Source of the DNA: a bacterium
Lineage (GTDB): Bacteria; Electryoneota; Electryoneia; Electryoneales; Electryoneaceae
Direction of reading: 5' to 3'
Length of the DNA stretch: 64,000 nt
Assembly (NCBI GenBank): GCA_963675295.2
Contig: CAXXKJ010000002.1
Coordinates: 3,488,001-3,552,000, forward strand
Under the pieces are notes generated by a model that saw only the letters and a list, made by a program, of their open reading frames with translations, searched no databases and was not told the origin of the DNA. Below are positions 1 to 10,645 of this stretch, piece by piece (position 1 is the first letter of the stretch; each line of letters begins with the position of its first letter). Both the position numbers and the translations under genes were made by a program.

Positions 1-1699
1 GAGGATCACTGAGATCGTAGCATCGAAGTTCGGACTCGTCCCAACCCCATTCAATGTGACGTCTCCAGACAGTTGCGTAGGCACGATTGGCCTCAATCGT
101 GGCCGAGGTGAATGAAATCACAACATAGGGATCTGGATCTTCAACCTGCTGTGAAAATCGAAGTACCGGGTTCAGGGGATCGGCGAGCGAATGGATCTGC
201 GTGTAATCAGAGCCTGTCGTGATCATCCAGTCATCATTGACCTCGACCTGGGCCACCCCGATCCCGTCCGCACGGGTAATCTCCACTGGCGAGCGGGACC
301 AGGTTACATCATAGATAACGACGCAGTTCCATGCGGCAACGTACAGCATGTGATTTTGGAAATCGGCATCGAACGGCTGATAGTCAAGCTGTATGTCACG
401 GATTAAGGTCAGATTTGACGGGTCGGACGAATCGATCAGATGAAACACCGGGCAGTCTTCGTCGAAAACGTACAACGTGTGGTACATGGCGACAACGTGA
501 TCGCCAGCAATTGGCAGGTGACTCAACATCACAGGATGTGCCGGGTCGGACACGTCAATCGCGTCCAGACCGTCCCAAGCGTCGACGACAAACGCGATAT
601 CGTCTTTGATATCGAACTGACCAATTTGACTCATGCCATGGTAATGATACAACAACCTTAGATCACTCAGGTCGCTTGTATCGAGCCCCATCAGTCCATA
701 GCCGTTGCGTCCACCGGGTAGAGCGGAGAGGCCATTTTCCGGATTCCGAACCATGTAGTCGATCGGCTGGATGGTGTTCAACGTATCCAACAGAATCGGC
801 TCGGAAGGATCTGAGAACGAATAGCTGGCCAGGTAGTACTCGGACCCGTCCCACCGCCGTGCGAGCCCGCCTACACCGTCGGGGGTATCAAAGGTTTGCA
901 GATCGATTGGAGTCTCATCCTCGTCAAATTGATACAGCAGCACCGGATTGGTGGGGTCGGATACGTCATGGACGTACACGGTATACATTTCCGCCGTGAA
1001 CAGAAGGTTGTCCCGGTAAGAAAGCAGATAAGGGGAAGACCAATCGGGGAATATGTTCTCGTAAATGACGGGATTGTTCAGATCGGTCAGGTCGATCACA
1101 TTGATCTGGTCCCAGTCTGTTTCATAAACGATCCGGTTATCGTCGCAATAGAGCTGCCACGAATCGATGGCCATCAGATCGTGATCCAGGACGACGAAAT
1201 CCTGCAGGAATACGGGCTGGAGCGGATCGCTGACATCCATGATTCGTAGCGTGTCATCATCGACTCCAGACTCACCCACACAGTAAACTAGGATTTGATT
1301 CTCGTCTTGGAAGATTTTAACCGGGGTTGTGGGCAATTCATGGTTGTCTACAAACTCAGGGTTAGCCGGATCGATTATATCCCAGATTTGCAATGAATCG
1401 CCGTCCAGCGTATTCGTGATCTGATAAAACGCGTTGCCGACTCTGATGGGTGAACGACCCGTCATGTAGTTTGTCGGAATTGATCGCTCCAAACGAATCC
1501 AGTCTGGATCCTGTGTGTTCAACACATCCAGCACATAGTCTTCCGGTACCAACGTAATATCTGCTGATACTGGATAGGCCGCGTATGGCATCGACCAGGC
1601 GGGATACGTGGCGGATAACAGTTGCAATTCTTCCTGAGCGTGGGCGGTGGGTGTTGCGAGGAAGGTCAGTACAAGAAGAACACCGATGATTCGTGGCAT
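1..1699 (-). CDS. Secreted LVIVD-like repeat protein, partial (runs off the window start)
   Basis: Not in the ORF track. Manual translation from ATG at 1699 gives MPRIIGVLLVLTFLATPTAHAQEE (signal peptide), then repeats such as LQIWDIIDPANPEFV and LRIMDVSDPLQPVFL. Only about the first 170 codons were translated by hand. Confidence 0.75.
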   Translation of the reverse strand, partial: MPRIIGVLLVLTFLATPTAHAQEELQLLSATYPAWSMPYAAYPVSADITLVPEDYVLDVLNTQDPDWIRLERSIPTNYMTGRSPIRVGNAFYQITNTLDGDSLQIWDIIDPANPEFVDNHELPTTPVKIFQDENQILVYCVGESGVDDDTLRIMDVSDPLQPVFLQDFVVLDHDLMAIDSWQLYCDDNRIVYETDWDQINVIDLTDLNNPVIYENIFPDWSSPYLLSYRDNLLFTAEMYTVYVHDVSDPTNPVLLYQFDEDETPIDLQTFDTPDGVGGLARRWDGSEYYLASYSFSDPSEPILLDTLNTIQPIDYMVRNPENGLSALPGGRNGYGLMGLDTSDLSDLRLLYHYHGMSQIGQFDIKDDIAFVVDAWDGLDAIDVSDPAHPVMLSHLPIAGDHVVAMYHTLYVFDEDCPVFHLIDSSDPSNLTLIRDIQLDYQPFDADFQNHMLYVAAWNCVVIYDVTWSRSPVEITRADGIGVAQVEVNDDWMITTGSDYTQIHSLADPLNPVLRFSQQVEDPDPYVVISFTSATIEANRAYATVWRRHIEWGWDESELRCYDLSDP

Positions 1700-1842
1700 G
1701 AATCCGGGAGAGGAAACAGTCGTAGTTGTCAACATCGTGCCCCCCAGCAGTCGTTGTGAACATTGGTATAGAGAATTGATCTACTCTTTAACCTAGTCGG
1801 GAAAGCGGACGGGCGCAATGAAATGGGGAAACCTGGAGGATT

Positions 1843-3315
1843 TTACACCTGCCGTCTCAGGCGTTTGACGGGGATGTTGAGTTGTTCGCGGTATTTCTGG
1901 ACGGTGCGGCGGGCGATCTCGTAGCCGAATGTCTTCAGCTGGTCGGCGATGGCCTGGTCGCTGAGCGGCTTCTTTTTGTTTTCGGCGGCGATGATTTCCT
2001 TTAGCTTTTCCTTGATCGCGCGGGTGGAGACGTCGTCGCCGGACTCGGTGGTCATCTTGTCGTTGAAGAAGAACTTCAGTTCACGGACGCCGTACGGAGT
2101 CTGAACGTATTTCTCGCGGCTGACACGGCTGATGGTGGAGATATCCATGCTGATATCTTCGGCGATATCCTGCAGGATCATCGGCTTGAGGTCGGCGTCC
2201 CGGCCGGTCAGGAACCACGGTTTCTGGCGTTCGACAATCGCACGCATGGTGCGCAGCATGGTGGTCCGGCGCTGCATGATGGCGTTAATGAACCAGCGTG
2301 CGCTCTCTGCCTTCCGCATCGCGAACTCACGCGCTTCCTTGTCGGAGTTACGCTTCAGGATCAGCTTTTTCAGCTCGTCGTTGACGTAGAAGCTGGGGAT
2401 GTTGCCATCGTTCAGCATGACGGCGAATTCGGGTTCCTCGTCCTCGTCGTGCTGGATGATTTCGACGACAAGGTCCGGGAGGATGTAGTTCGTCTTCTCG
2501 TCAATGACACCCTCGCCCGGACGTGGGTTGAGCGTGGCGATCACCTCGAACGCGCTTTGCACTTCCTGCGGGGTGATCCCGAGCGCGGAAGCGATTGGTT
2601 CGAAGCGGCGGTTGACGAATTCGTCGAAATGGTCGCGGAGGATCAAGTACGCGGGCTCATTCTGCTTTTTCCGCACCTCGAGCTGGATCAGCAGGCATTC
2701 GCGCAGGTCGCGTGCGGCGACACCGGCGGGCTCGTACCGTTGGACGGCGTGCAGGACCGTTTCCACTTCCTCGCGTGAGGATTCGGTGAGGCCGGCGATC
2801 AGGTCGAGCGGAGCGTCCAGGTAGCCGCGCACATCGAGGCTGCCGATGATGTATTCGCCGATCAGCATCTGCTTGTCGGTAAAATGGTCCATCCGCAGCT
2901 GTTCGATCAGGTCTTCGCCGAGGGTCTGAACGTCGGCCTGCGGGATCTCGACCGCTTCGGCGAGGGATTGGTTCGACTTGTACATCCGGCGGTCGTCCGC
3001 GCGGGCGTCTTCCTGATCGTCAAAGAACGCCTCCCAGTCAGGTTCGCGTTCCTCGGACTCGGCTTCCTTCGCTTCACGATCCTCAGACTCTTCCCGGGCT
3101 TCCTTGACCGCGCTCGACTCGAGGGTCTCCCCTTCCGGCTGGACCTGGTCCATTTCCCGTTCATCGGCGATTTCAAGCAGCGGATTCTGCTCGAACTCCT
3201 GCTGGAAGCGGGCTTCCAGTTGAAGCAGCGGGGTCTGGATAAGCTCCGACCGCAGAATCTGCTGCGGCTGGGCGACCATCTCCTGCTTGAGGCCGATGAC
3301 TTGGGAAAGTTGCAC
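1843..3315 (-). CDS. rpoN: RNA polymerase sigma-54 factor
   Basis: RpoN box ARRTVQKYREQLNIP; HTH region DIAEDISMDISTISRV; downstream of lptB. Confidence 0.97.
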   Translation of the reverse strand: MQLSQVIGLKQEMVAQPQQILRSELIQTPLLQLEARFQQEFEQNPLLEIADEREMDQVQPEGETLESSAVKEAREESEDREAKEAESEEREPDWEAFFDDQEDARADDRRMYKSNQSLAEAVEIPQADVQTLGEDLIEQLRMDHFTDKQMLIGEYIIGSLDVRGYLDAPLDLIAGLTESSREEVETVLHAVQRYEPAGVAARDLRECLLIQLEVRKKQNEPAYLILRDHFDEFVNRRFEPIASALGITPQEVQSAFEVIATLNPRPGEGVIDEKTNYILPDLVVEIIQHDEDEEPEFAVMLNDGNIPSFYVNDELKKLILKRNSDKEAREFAMRKAESARWFINAIMQRRTTMLRTMRAIVERQKPWFLTGRDADLKPMILQDIAEDISMDISTISRVSREKYVQTPYGVRELKFFFNDKMTTESGDDVSTRAIKEKLKEIIAAENKKKPLSDQAIADQLKTFGYEIARRTVQKYREQLNIPVKRLRRQV

Positions 3316-3319
3316 TCGC

Positions 3320-3600
3320 TAGTCCTGAGTTATGAGTCCTGAGTCTTGAGTCACTGACAGTTCAGCTGTGAGCTGTGAGCTCAAAATAAACTGCCAACAC
3401 CTAAATCCTTCAGTTCGTTCCGGATGACACCTTAAAACCAGTTGTGAGTGATGAGTTATGAGTTTTGAGTCAAAGACAATTGACAACCGATCACTGATCC
3501 CCGGTCATTGATCACTGACTACCGGCACTGCTGATCAGACTGCTAGAGTTGATGTGTGTCTTTTGAGCCCTGAGCCCCAAGCCCAGAGCCCGTGTTCTAC
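3320..3600. repeat. Degenerate heptamer tandem arrays in the lptB-rpoN spacer
   Basis: GTCCTGA/GTTATGA/GTCTTGA, AGCTGTG, CACTGAT and GAGCCC(T/C/A)-type 7-mers. Confidence 0.75.
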
Positions 3601-3664
3601 ACTGACAGTAATATAACACATTCTCGGAGAATTATAACTATCTATTCTCCGTTTTAAGGTACGG

Positions 3665-4429
3665 CTACGCCTGGGCCCGTTTCAGTTCAAATGTCTCGCC
3701 GAGGTAGAGTTTCCGGGCCTCGGGGTCGACCGCCAGTTCCTCGCTGGACCCTGACTTGAGGATGCGTCCCTCGTACAGCAGGTAGGCGCGGTCGGTGATT
3801 GCCAGAGTTTCGTGCACGTTGTGGTCGGTGATCAGCACTCCGATCCCGCGTTTGACCAGGTTGCGCACGATGTCCTGAATGTCCGCGACGGCGATCGGGT
3901 CGATCCCGGCGAACGGTTCATCCAGCAGGATGAATTTGGGATCGGTAACGAGGCAGCGGGCGATTTCGGTACGCCGCCGTTCTCCGCCGGACAGGTTGAA
4001 CGCCTTGCTCTTGCGGATGTGCGTGATCGACAGTTCTTCCAGCAGGCGTTCGACAATCTCGCGGCGTTCCGACCGGCTGGCGGGCATGGTCTGTGCGATC
4101 GCCATCAGGTTGTCCTCGACGCTCAGTTTGCGGAAGACGCTGGCCTCCTGCGCGAGATAGCCGATGCCCATGCGTGCCCGCTGGAACATCTTCATCCGCG
4201 TGATATCCTTGTCGTCGAAGAGGATGCGGCCCTCGTTGGGCTGGATCATACCGACGGTCATGTAGAAGGATGTGGTCTTGCCGGCGCCGTTCGGGCCGAG
4301 CAGTCCGACGATCTCCTCCTGCTGAACCTCGATGGTGACATTATTGACCACCGTCCGGCGTCCGTACCGCTTGACGAGGTTCTCCGCCCGCAGACGGCTT
4401 CGTGTTGTACCCTGTTTATGGTCGTTCAT
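3665..4429 (-). CDS. lptB: LPS export ABC transporter ATP-binding protein
   Basis: [39 protein letters not shown]; start placed at ATG 4429. Confidence 0.96.
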   Translation of the reverse strand: MNDHKQGTTRSRLRAENLVKRYGRRTVVNNVTIEVQQEEIVGLLGPNGAGKTTSFYMTVGMIQPNEGRILFDDKDITRMKMFQRARMGIGYLAQEASVFRKLSVEDNLMAIAQTMPASRSERREIVERLLEELSITHIRKSKAFNLSGGERRRTEIARCLVTDPKFILLDEPFAGIDPIAVADIQDIVRNLVKRGIGVLITDHNVHETLAITDRAYLLYEGRILKSGSSEELAVDPEARKLYLGETFELKRAQA

Positions 4430-5693
4430 TGCGCAGCTTTCCAGCGAGGTGTGGCGGGTAGAAGGTGCCTTCGGTGCCACCCAGGACACGCACGCTCTGC
4501 AAGTTGTTCTCTTCGATGTTCAGTTCGACGTGATCGCCGCTGACCTCGTTCGATCCCTGGTCGACGCCGTCCTGGAAAACGTGGTAGATGCCGACCGCCT
4601 GGCCGTAGCTGGCCATCTGGCTGATCTCGCCTTCGGTGAAGGTGAGCACGATCCGCTTGCCACGCAAGGAAGACCGCGGGGCGGTCTCGATGCTGTCGGA
4701 CGGTGTGTAGGCGACGGCGTTGCCCTTGACGACGGCGGAATCCAGTGTACCCTCGCGCATGTACATCCAGATCGAGTCGCCGAGGACTTCGTCCCGAATG
4801 TGCAGGATGCGCGGTTCTCCGACCAGCAACGCGAGATTGGAATCGGGGTAGAAGAACAGCTCGTCCCCCCACCCCTCGACGTCATGCCAGGTGATCTTGA
4901 CGTTGTCCCGGGCCAGCGCGAGGCCGTTCAGAGCGTCGTATTCCATGTATTCACCGACCACACGCGCCTCTTCCTGTTCGAGACTGTCGATCTGGATCAG
5001 GATTGGATTGGCCGGGATACGGGCGAACTGGCGCTCGGTGTCGTAGGTGCCGTTGTCGCCGGTGATGACGATCTTGCGGCGCAGATCCCGGCCGATGACG
5101 TTACGGTCAAAGGTGGCGACGTCGCTGACTTCGTCGTACTGGGCTTGTTCGCAGTACATGATCACGGAATCACGTTCAAGGATGACGTTTCCGCGCGCGA
5201 TGCTGCGGCGGTTGTTTTCGTAGTAGAAGACTTCGTCCGCCTTGAGGCTGCGTTCCGGGTCGATCATGACCACGTCGCCGTACATCTCAAGCAGGCCCTG
5301 CTGGCGGCGGTGACGTGCCCAGTCGCACCAGGTGGTCATGCTGTCCTGGATGATCTTGACATTGTTCTCGAGCAGGACGACTTCCTCGCCGCGTGCGTCC
5401 TCGATCTGCCGCAGCTCGCCGGCCCGGTCGAGGATGATTGCGCCGCCAGTGTCACGGCCCTGGCCGTGCCAGTCGCCCCGATCGTCCACACGATTCTGTC
5501 CGGAGACGATGGAATCTGACTCCATCTGCTGCCGCAGCTGTGCCTCTTCCGCACGTTTTTTTGCGATTGCCTTCGCCCGGGCCATCATTCCGGGGTCCGC
5601 TTCTTTCGTTTCGGTGCTGTCCTGACCGACCGCCGTGGTGAACAGGATGGCTAACGGCAACACGAGCAGCATGAGCAGACGTGGGATCCTCAT
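4416..5693 (-). CDS. lptA: LptA/OstA-like beta-jellyroll LPS transport protein
   Basis: Signal peptide; repeated OstA-like strands ([21 protein letters not shown]); lies between lptC and lptB. Confidence 0.75.
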   Translation of the reverse strand: MRIPRLLMLLVLPLAILFTTAVGQDSTETKEADPGMMARAKAIAKKRAEEAQLRQQMESDSIVSGQNRVDDRGDWHGQGRDTGGAIILDRAGELRQIEDARGEEVVLLENNVKIIQDSMTTWCDWARHRRQQGLLEMYGDVVMIDPERSLKADEVFYYENNRRSIARGNVILERDSVIMYCEQAQYDEVSDVATFDRNVIGRDLRRKIVITGDNGTYDTERQFARIPANPILIQIDSLEQEEARVVGEYMEYDALNGLALARDNVKITWHDVEGWGDELFFYPDSNLALLVGEPRILHIRDEVLGDSIWMYMREGTLDSAVVKGNAVAYTPSDSIETAPRSSLRGKRIVLTFTEGEISQMASYGQAVGIYHVFQDGVDQGSNEVSGDHVELNIEENNLQSVRVLGGTEGTFYPPHLAGKLRNERP

Positions 5694-6520
5694 GCCCCAC
5701 CTCCCCCGCTCGTAGCGGTGGTGTCGGTGGCGGAGGAATCCGTAACCGTGGAGTCAACGGCTGAGGTCTCGAACCGTTTCCCGAACGGCGACGCGGAGGG
5801 CGTGGCGGTGGAATCCTCGTCACCGTCTCCGCTGGGTCCGACGACGGACATGGTCTCTGACAACGGACGGTGCTGGCTTCGCTGGCGAGATGCGTCCAAC
5901 GCGGAATCGGCCTTGGTTTCTTCGCCGGGACGTGCTGGCGACAGCAGCATCCCGCCGCGTGGACCATCGCCATCAGAGTTGCGATGGCTGATGCCGGTCG
6001 GGTTGAGGATACGCTTCATCTTGAGGTCGTCGGTCGCGACCAGGCCGGTGCCGTGCAGCGTGTCGTAGTCGGTGATGATGGTGACGGTGGTGTCGTTGGT
6101 GATCAGCTTGCTGTCCCGTTCCCACCGCAGACGCGGGGTGAGGATGGTGGTTCCGGTGTCGGTTGTGACGACGACGTTGCCGATGGCGACCAGTTGTTCG
6201 CCATCTTCGAGCACCTGCCCGCTGTCGGCGGTGAGGTGGCTGGACTGGACACCGTCCTCGTAGAAAAAGATTTCGATACCGCCGTAGAAGATCGCCTTGT
6301 CCTTGCGGTCGTAGCGGTCAAGGTGCGGCGCGGTCAGCATGAACAGCTTCTCGCCGGCGTTGGAATGGGTCAGGGTAACGTCCTCGAATTCCTGCGACGG
6401 CAGGCCGAAACGGAGTTCATCCTCCGCCAGTTCGGTGCCGGTCTCGACATCCACGCAACCGTTGAGCGCGACGATCAGCGCCAGCAACAGGGGGATGGTG
6501 TGCAGGATGATCCGGTTCAG
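5690..6520 (-). CDS. lptC: LPS export periplasmic protein LptC (lipoprotein-like)
   Basis: LTADSG, AIGNVVV and LRWERDSKLITNDTTV are LptC-like; LNGC lipobox; start uncertain (CTG 6520 or TTG 6487). Confidence 0.8.
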   Translation of the reverse strand: MNRIILHTIPLLLALIVALNGCVDVETGTELAEDELRFGLPSQEFEDVTLTHSNAGEKLFMLTAPHLDRYDRKDKAIFYGGIEIFFYEDGVQSSHLTADSGQVLEDGEQLVAIGNVVVTTDTGTTILTPRLRWERDSKLITNDTTVTIITDYDTLHGTGLVATDDLKMKRILNPTGISHRNSDGDGPRGGMLLSPARPGEETKADSALDASRQRSQHRPLSETMSVVGPSGDGDEDSTATPSASPFGKRFETSAVDSTVTDSSATDTTATSGGGGA

Positions 6521-6523
6521 GAG

Positions 6524-7084
6524 TTACAACCCTCCCGCAGTGTCGTTTTCAATGCTGTCAAGCACCGCCTGGTACTTGTCCTGGGCTTTGACGATGGCTT
6601 CAACGGCGTCACGGATGACCCCGCGTCCGCCAGGTGTTTCGATGACGGCGTCCACTATCGCCTTGACGTCTTCGTGCGCATCGCTCGGGGCCATGGATAC
6701 GCCGACGCGTTTCAGCACCGGAATGTCGAACAGGTCGTCGCCGATGTAGACCGTCTCCTCCGCCGGGATGCCGGTTTCGTCGAGGATTTCCTGCAGGAAG
6801 CCGGTCTTGCGGAAATGGCCGCCCTTGATGCGGTCGATCTTGAATTTTTCCAGCCGGCGCTTGAGCAGGTCGACGACATTGCCGGTAATCACGGCGAACT
6901 CGAGACCGGCGAACTTGCCCATGACGAACCCGAAGCCGTCCCGCATCGAAAACGCCTTCATCGACATGCCGTTTTCGTTGTAGTAGGCGGTGCCGTCGGT
7001 CATCACACCGTCTACATCAAATATGACAAGCCGAATCGCTTTCAGTTTCTCCAGCACCGTTTCGTCACGAACGGTAAGTCCCAC
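6524..7084 (-). CDS. kdsC: KDO 8-phosphate phosphatase (HAD family)
   Basis: FDVDGVMTDG and YIGDDLFD motifs; upstream of lptC. Confidence 0.9.
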   Translation of the reverse strand: MGLTVRDETVLEKLKAIRLVIFDVDGVMTDGTAYYNENGMSMKAFSMRDGFGFVMGKFAGLEFAVITGNVVDLLKRRLEKFKIDRIKGGHFRKTGFLQEILDETGIPAEETVYIGDDLFDIPVLKRVGVSMAPSDAHEDVKAIVDAVIETPGGRGVIRDAVEAIVKAQDKYQAVLDSIENDTAGGL

Positions 7085-7461
7085 TCTTTCGCCCTCCGGG
7101 TTCCCCGGTGTATACGCTTGCGGGGACCGTGAAGATCCCGCGCCGTATCACATTTTGGTGTCTGGCCTGTTTTTTGCTCTGCAAAGCTACCCAAGCTCAC
7201 GGGTACGAAGCAAGGGCAATCTTTCCGAGCTCAGCAGGCTCATGGAAACAGCAGGATGCAAGGTGTGGAATCACAGAAGGATCGTTGCCCCAGTCAGCGG
7301 GCAGGAGTACCTCCCGGGACAGAGAGAGTAGCCGGCATTATCTCGGCAACTCCGCCCCGTCCTGCCGCGTGCACACGATACCCGGCAGCTCATTCGCGCC
7401 AGCCTGGCAGCTGTGTGGCAGGTGCCAGGCAGACGCCCCATCATGACGATAAGGATTTCTG

Positions 7462-8994
7462 ATGACCGAGAATTTTGCGAAGCAACCCTCCCCCGAAGAA
7501 CTACAGCGGGATATCCAGAACTTTCTCAAGGACAAGTACGGTGCGGACGCAGTCCATGCCGAAGTCGACACCCTCGGCGCGAAGGAAATGGAAAGCACGC
7601 CGAAGGATGACGAAGAGATCGTCATCGATTTCGACATGACCCCGCGTGAACTGGAAGAATACCTCAAGGAGTATGTCGTCCGGCAGGAGGACGCGATCGA
7701 GGTGCTGGCGACCAAGGTCGCGACGCACTTCAACCGCATGCGTTGGGAACGGGAAGAAGGCAAGACGTGGAAACGCATTCCCGGGCAGATCAAGCCGAAC
7801 GTGCTGATGATCGGTCCAACCGGCGTCGGTAAGACCTACATCATCAAGCTGATCGCGGATCGATTGGGTGTGCCGTTCGTCAAGGGTGACGCGACCAAAT
7901 TCAGCGAAACGGGGTATGTCGGCGGTGATGTCGAGGATATGGTGCGCGACCTGGTGCGCGCGGCCGGCGGCAACATCAAGCAGGCCGAATATGGCATCAT
8001 CTACATCGATGAGATCGACAAGATCGCAGCAAGCCAGGGGCTGGCCGGGCCGGATGTCAGCCGCTCGGGCGTGCAACGCAACCTGCTCAAGCTGATGGAA
8101 GAAACCGACGTCGAACTGCGTGTGCCGCACGACCTCGCCTCGCAGATGGAAGCGGTGATGGAAGCGCAGCGAACCGGCAAGGCGCCGCGAAAGAAGGTCA
8201 ACACGCGCAACATCCTGTTTATCGTCAGCGGTGCGTTCAACGGGCTCGACGACATTGTGAAACGGCGGATGAACCGTCAGCCGATTGGCTTCGGCGGAGA
8301 TGTCGACACTCAGGTGAAGCACCGTGACGACCTGCTCAGCTTCGTCACCACGCAGGACCTGATCGATTACGGCTTCGAGTCGGAATTCATCGGCCGGTTG
8401 CCGGTGCTGGCACGGCTGGAGGATCTGGACACGGACGGCCTGTACGAAATCCTCTCCAACGATTTCAACGCCGTCACGCAGGGTAAGATCCGTGACTTCG
8501 CGGCGTATGGCATCGAGCTGAAGTTCGAGGATGACGCGTTGCAGCTGATCGCGCGGCAGGCGTACGACGAGAAGACCGGCGCGCGTGGGCTGACCCGTGC
8601 GGCAGAACGGGCGTTGATCACGTTCGAGAAACACCTGCCGTCAACCAGCGTGCGCGAATTCACGTTGACCGCGGAGGCGGTGAAGAATCCGAAGCCGGTG
8701 TGCGCAGAGCTGGTGTTCAATGCGACAGTGCGGGACGCGGTGCTCGAATTCAAGGAACAGACGGGGATTATCCTCTCCCTGACATCGGCTGCAAAAAAGT
8801 GGTTGAGCGAGGAAGCGAATCGTGTCAACAAGACACCGGGCGAGCTGCTACTGAATACCTTCGCGCCGCTGCACTACGCGTTCAACCTGCTGAACCAGGA
8901 ACAGGTGCGCGTGACGAAAACCTTGCTGCAGCAACCGAAACAGACCATCGAAGCGATGATCAAGAAGAGCTATCAGCCAAGCAAAGATGACTGA
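7462..8994 (+). CDS. clpX: ClpX-like AAA+ ATPase lacking the N-terminal zinc finger
   Basis: GPTGVGKT, GYVGGDVE, IYIDEIDK, IGF loop (PIGFGG), EFIGRLP, TGARGL. Confidence 0.75.
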   Translation: MTENFAKQPSPEELQRDIQNFLKDKYGADAVHAEVDTLGAKEMESTPKDDEEIVIDFDMTPRELEEYLKEYVVRQEDAIEVLATKVATHFNRMRWEREEGKTWKRIPGQIKPNVLMIGPTGVGKTYIIKLIADRLGVPFVKGDATKFSETGYVGGDVEDMVRDLVRAAGGNIKQAEYGIIYIDEIDKIAASQGLAGPDVSRSGVQRNLLKLMEETDVELRVPHDLASQMEAVMEAQRTGKAPRKKVNTRNILFIVSGAFNGLDDIVKRRMNRQPIGFGGDVDTQVKHRDDLLSFVTTQDLIDYGFESEFIGRLPVLARLEDLDTDGLYEILSNDFNAVTQGKIRDFAAYGIELKFEDDALQLIARQAYDEKTGARGLTRAAERALITFEKHLPSTSVREFTLTAEAVKNPKPVCAELVFNATVRDAVLEFKEQTGIILSLTSAAKKWLSEEANRVNKTPGELLLNTFAPLHYAFNLLNQEQVRVTKTLLQQPKQTIEAMIKKSYQPSKDD

Positions 8995-9031
8995 CGGGCT
9001 CTGGGCTCTGGGCGAAAAGGAAGCCAAAAGA

Positions 9032-9061
9032 ATGGCCGTGTCAACTTGAAGACACGGCCAT
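9032..9061. terminator. Hairpin between convergent genes
   Basis: ATGGCCGTGTC-8nt-GACACGGCCAT, perfect 11-bp stem. Confidence 0.7.
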
Positions 9062-9095
9062 CTATTTACTCAAAAACTCACCACTCACAACTGCG

Positions 9096-10463
9096 TTACT
9101 TCTTCATCTCCTCCTGCACTTCGATGCGTTCGACGAACTTGATGTCGAGACCTTCGAGTTCCTTGAGGATCGGGGTGTAGATGGCGGCGTGGATCGGGAT
9201 ATGTGACCCCGTGAGCTTCAACTGATCGGTGAGAATCAGCTTGACCGCGATTGCGGCGGGCAGGCCGACGGTTTTGCTCATGGCGGTTTCACCGCCGGCG
9301 TCCCCGTACTTGATCATCGTGCTGATGATCTTCTCGCTCGGGCGTGGCTTGGCAGCGTCCGGGTAGTCGACCAGCATCTTGTGGACGAGGATGACCATGT
9401 CGCGGCCATTTTCGGGCAACGCGAGTTTCTTCGAGATGAGGTGGACCATGGCATCGGCCGGAGTCTTGCCGGTGCAGCCGCATTTTTCGTCGTCGAAGAG
9501 CCCGAGCCACTCGAGCTTTTTCATCGTGTAGCCGGTCGCATTGATGCGCAGGTAGTTGGCGACACGCAACTTGATGTCGGACCCGTTCACATGGGGCGGC
9601 AGGCACATTTCGACAATGTCCCGCATACTGCGATCGTGCAGGTTGGGGATGGTCAGCTCGTCGTTGGTCAGGCCGAGGTTGATGATCGGCAGCCAGCTTT
9701 CCGCAAAGGACGGATTGCGCAACGTGCCCCGGATCATGGTGACAGCGTGCTGCAGGCCGAACAGGTCTTTGTAGGCGAGGCTGTCGCGGTTCGGGTAGGC
9801 TTCCAGGGTGCCGATACCGTCCACATCCACCGGCCACGTCTGGCGGAACACCTGATGGTAGGGCAGGATCTTGATCATCCCGTCCTCGAGGTACTGTGCG
9901 CCATTTCCGCCGGCGACAACGACGTTGTACGGATTCCACGTGATGACGTATTCGAACGGATTCGGGTCTTCGTCGTTGGCGGGTAAGCCGGACCCGTAGG
10001 AGACGAACTTGCGGATGACGCCGCCATCGGAACGGACGCGTGAAATAATCTCCTGGGCGCTCATCAAGTCGATGCCGGGATCGAGGCCGGTTTCATTGAG
10101 GATGAGCACGCCTTCCCTTTTCGCGGTCACGTCCAGCTCACGGATTTCCTTGCTGCGATAGGACGCGCTGACCATGTGCACGCCGTGCTGCACGCACTCA
10201 TAGGCTACCTGGTACTGGAAACGCGGGGCGAGGAAGTTGACGACGACGTCCGCATTCTTCACCTGGTGCTCGACCATCGACGGGTCAGTCACATCGAAAA
10301 AGATCGCAGTACCCTTGGGATGGTCGCCGACGCGTTCTTTGGCGGCTTCCTGATTGTAGTCGCCGACGGTGACGAACCAGTCGTTTTCCGCCGCGTTTTC
10401 GAGCAGGTAGCGAATCAGGCTGGGCGAGCTCTTGCCCGCGCCAAGGACGAGGATGTGCTTCAT
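9096..10463 (-). CDS. Saccharopine dehydrogenase family protein
   Basis: ILVLGAG Rossmann motif, GLDPGIDLM, EAYPNRDS, RGTLR, AMSKTVGLP. Confidence 0.92.
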   Translation of the reverse strand: MKHILVLGAGKSSPSLIRYLLENAAENDWFVTVGDYNQEAAKERVGDHPKGTAIFFDVTDPSMVEHQVKNADVVVNFLAPRFQYQVAYECVQHGVHMVSASYRSKEIRELDVTAKREGVLILNETGLDPGIDLMSAQEIISRVRSDGGVIRKFVSYGSGLPANDEDPNPFEYVITWNPYNVVVAGGNGAQYLEDGMIKILPYHQVFRQTWPVDVDGIGTLEAYPNRDSLAYKDLFGLQHAVTMIRGTLRNPSFAESWLPIINLGLTNDELTIPNLHDRSMRDIVEMCLPPHVNGSDIKLRVANYLRINATGYTMKKLEWLGLFDDEKCGCTGKTPADAMVHLISKKLALPENGRDMVILVHKMLVDYPDAAKPRPSEKIISTMIKYGDAGGETAMSKTVGLPAAIAVKLILTDQLKLTGSHIPIHAAIYTPILKELEGLDIKFVERIEVQEEMKK

Positions 10464-10645
10464 CGGAGTGGCCTTTGCAAGTCCGTACAACGTTCAGAAC
10501 AACGATTTGGCGAAGGTAGCGAACGCGTAGAATGCGGACAAACAAGGTCGCTCCAAGGGCTTGTCCTGATGTGGCTAGATCCCCTTGCCAGTTGCCTGGG
10601 AGGTATCTACGTTATTGGAAACTGGACCTGCCTGGGGGAATGACG

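Noticed and set aside
191-1763. Short ORFs listed at 191-1249 (+) and 1362-1763 (-)
   Set aside because: They are explained as shadows or alternative frames of the long minus-strand gene starting at 1699.
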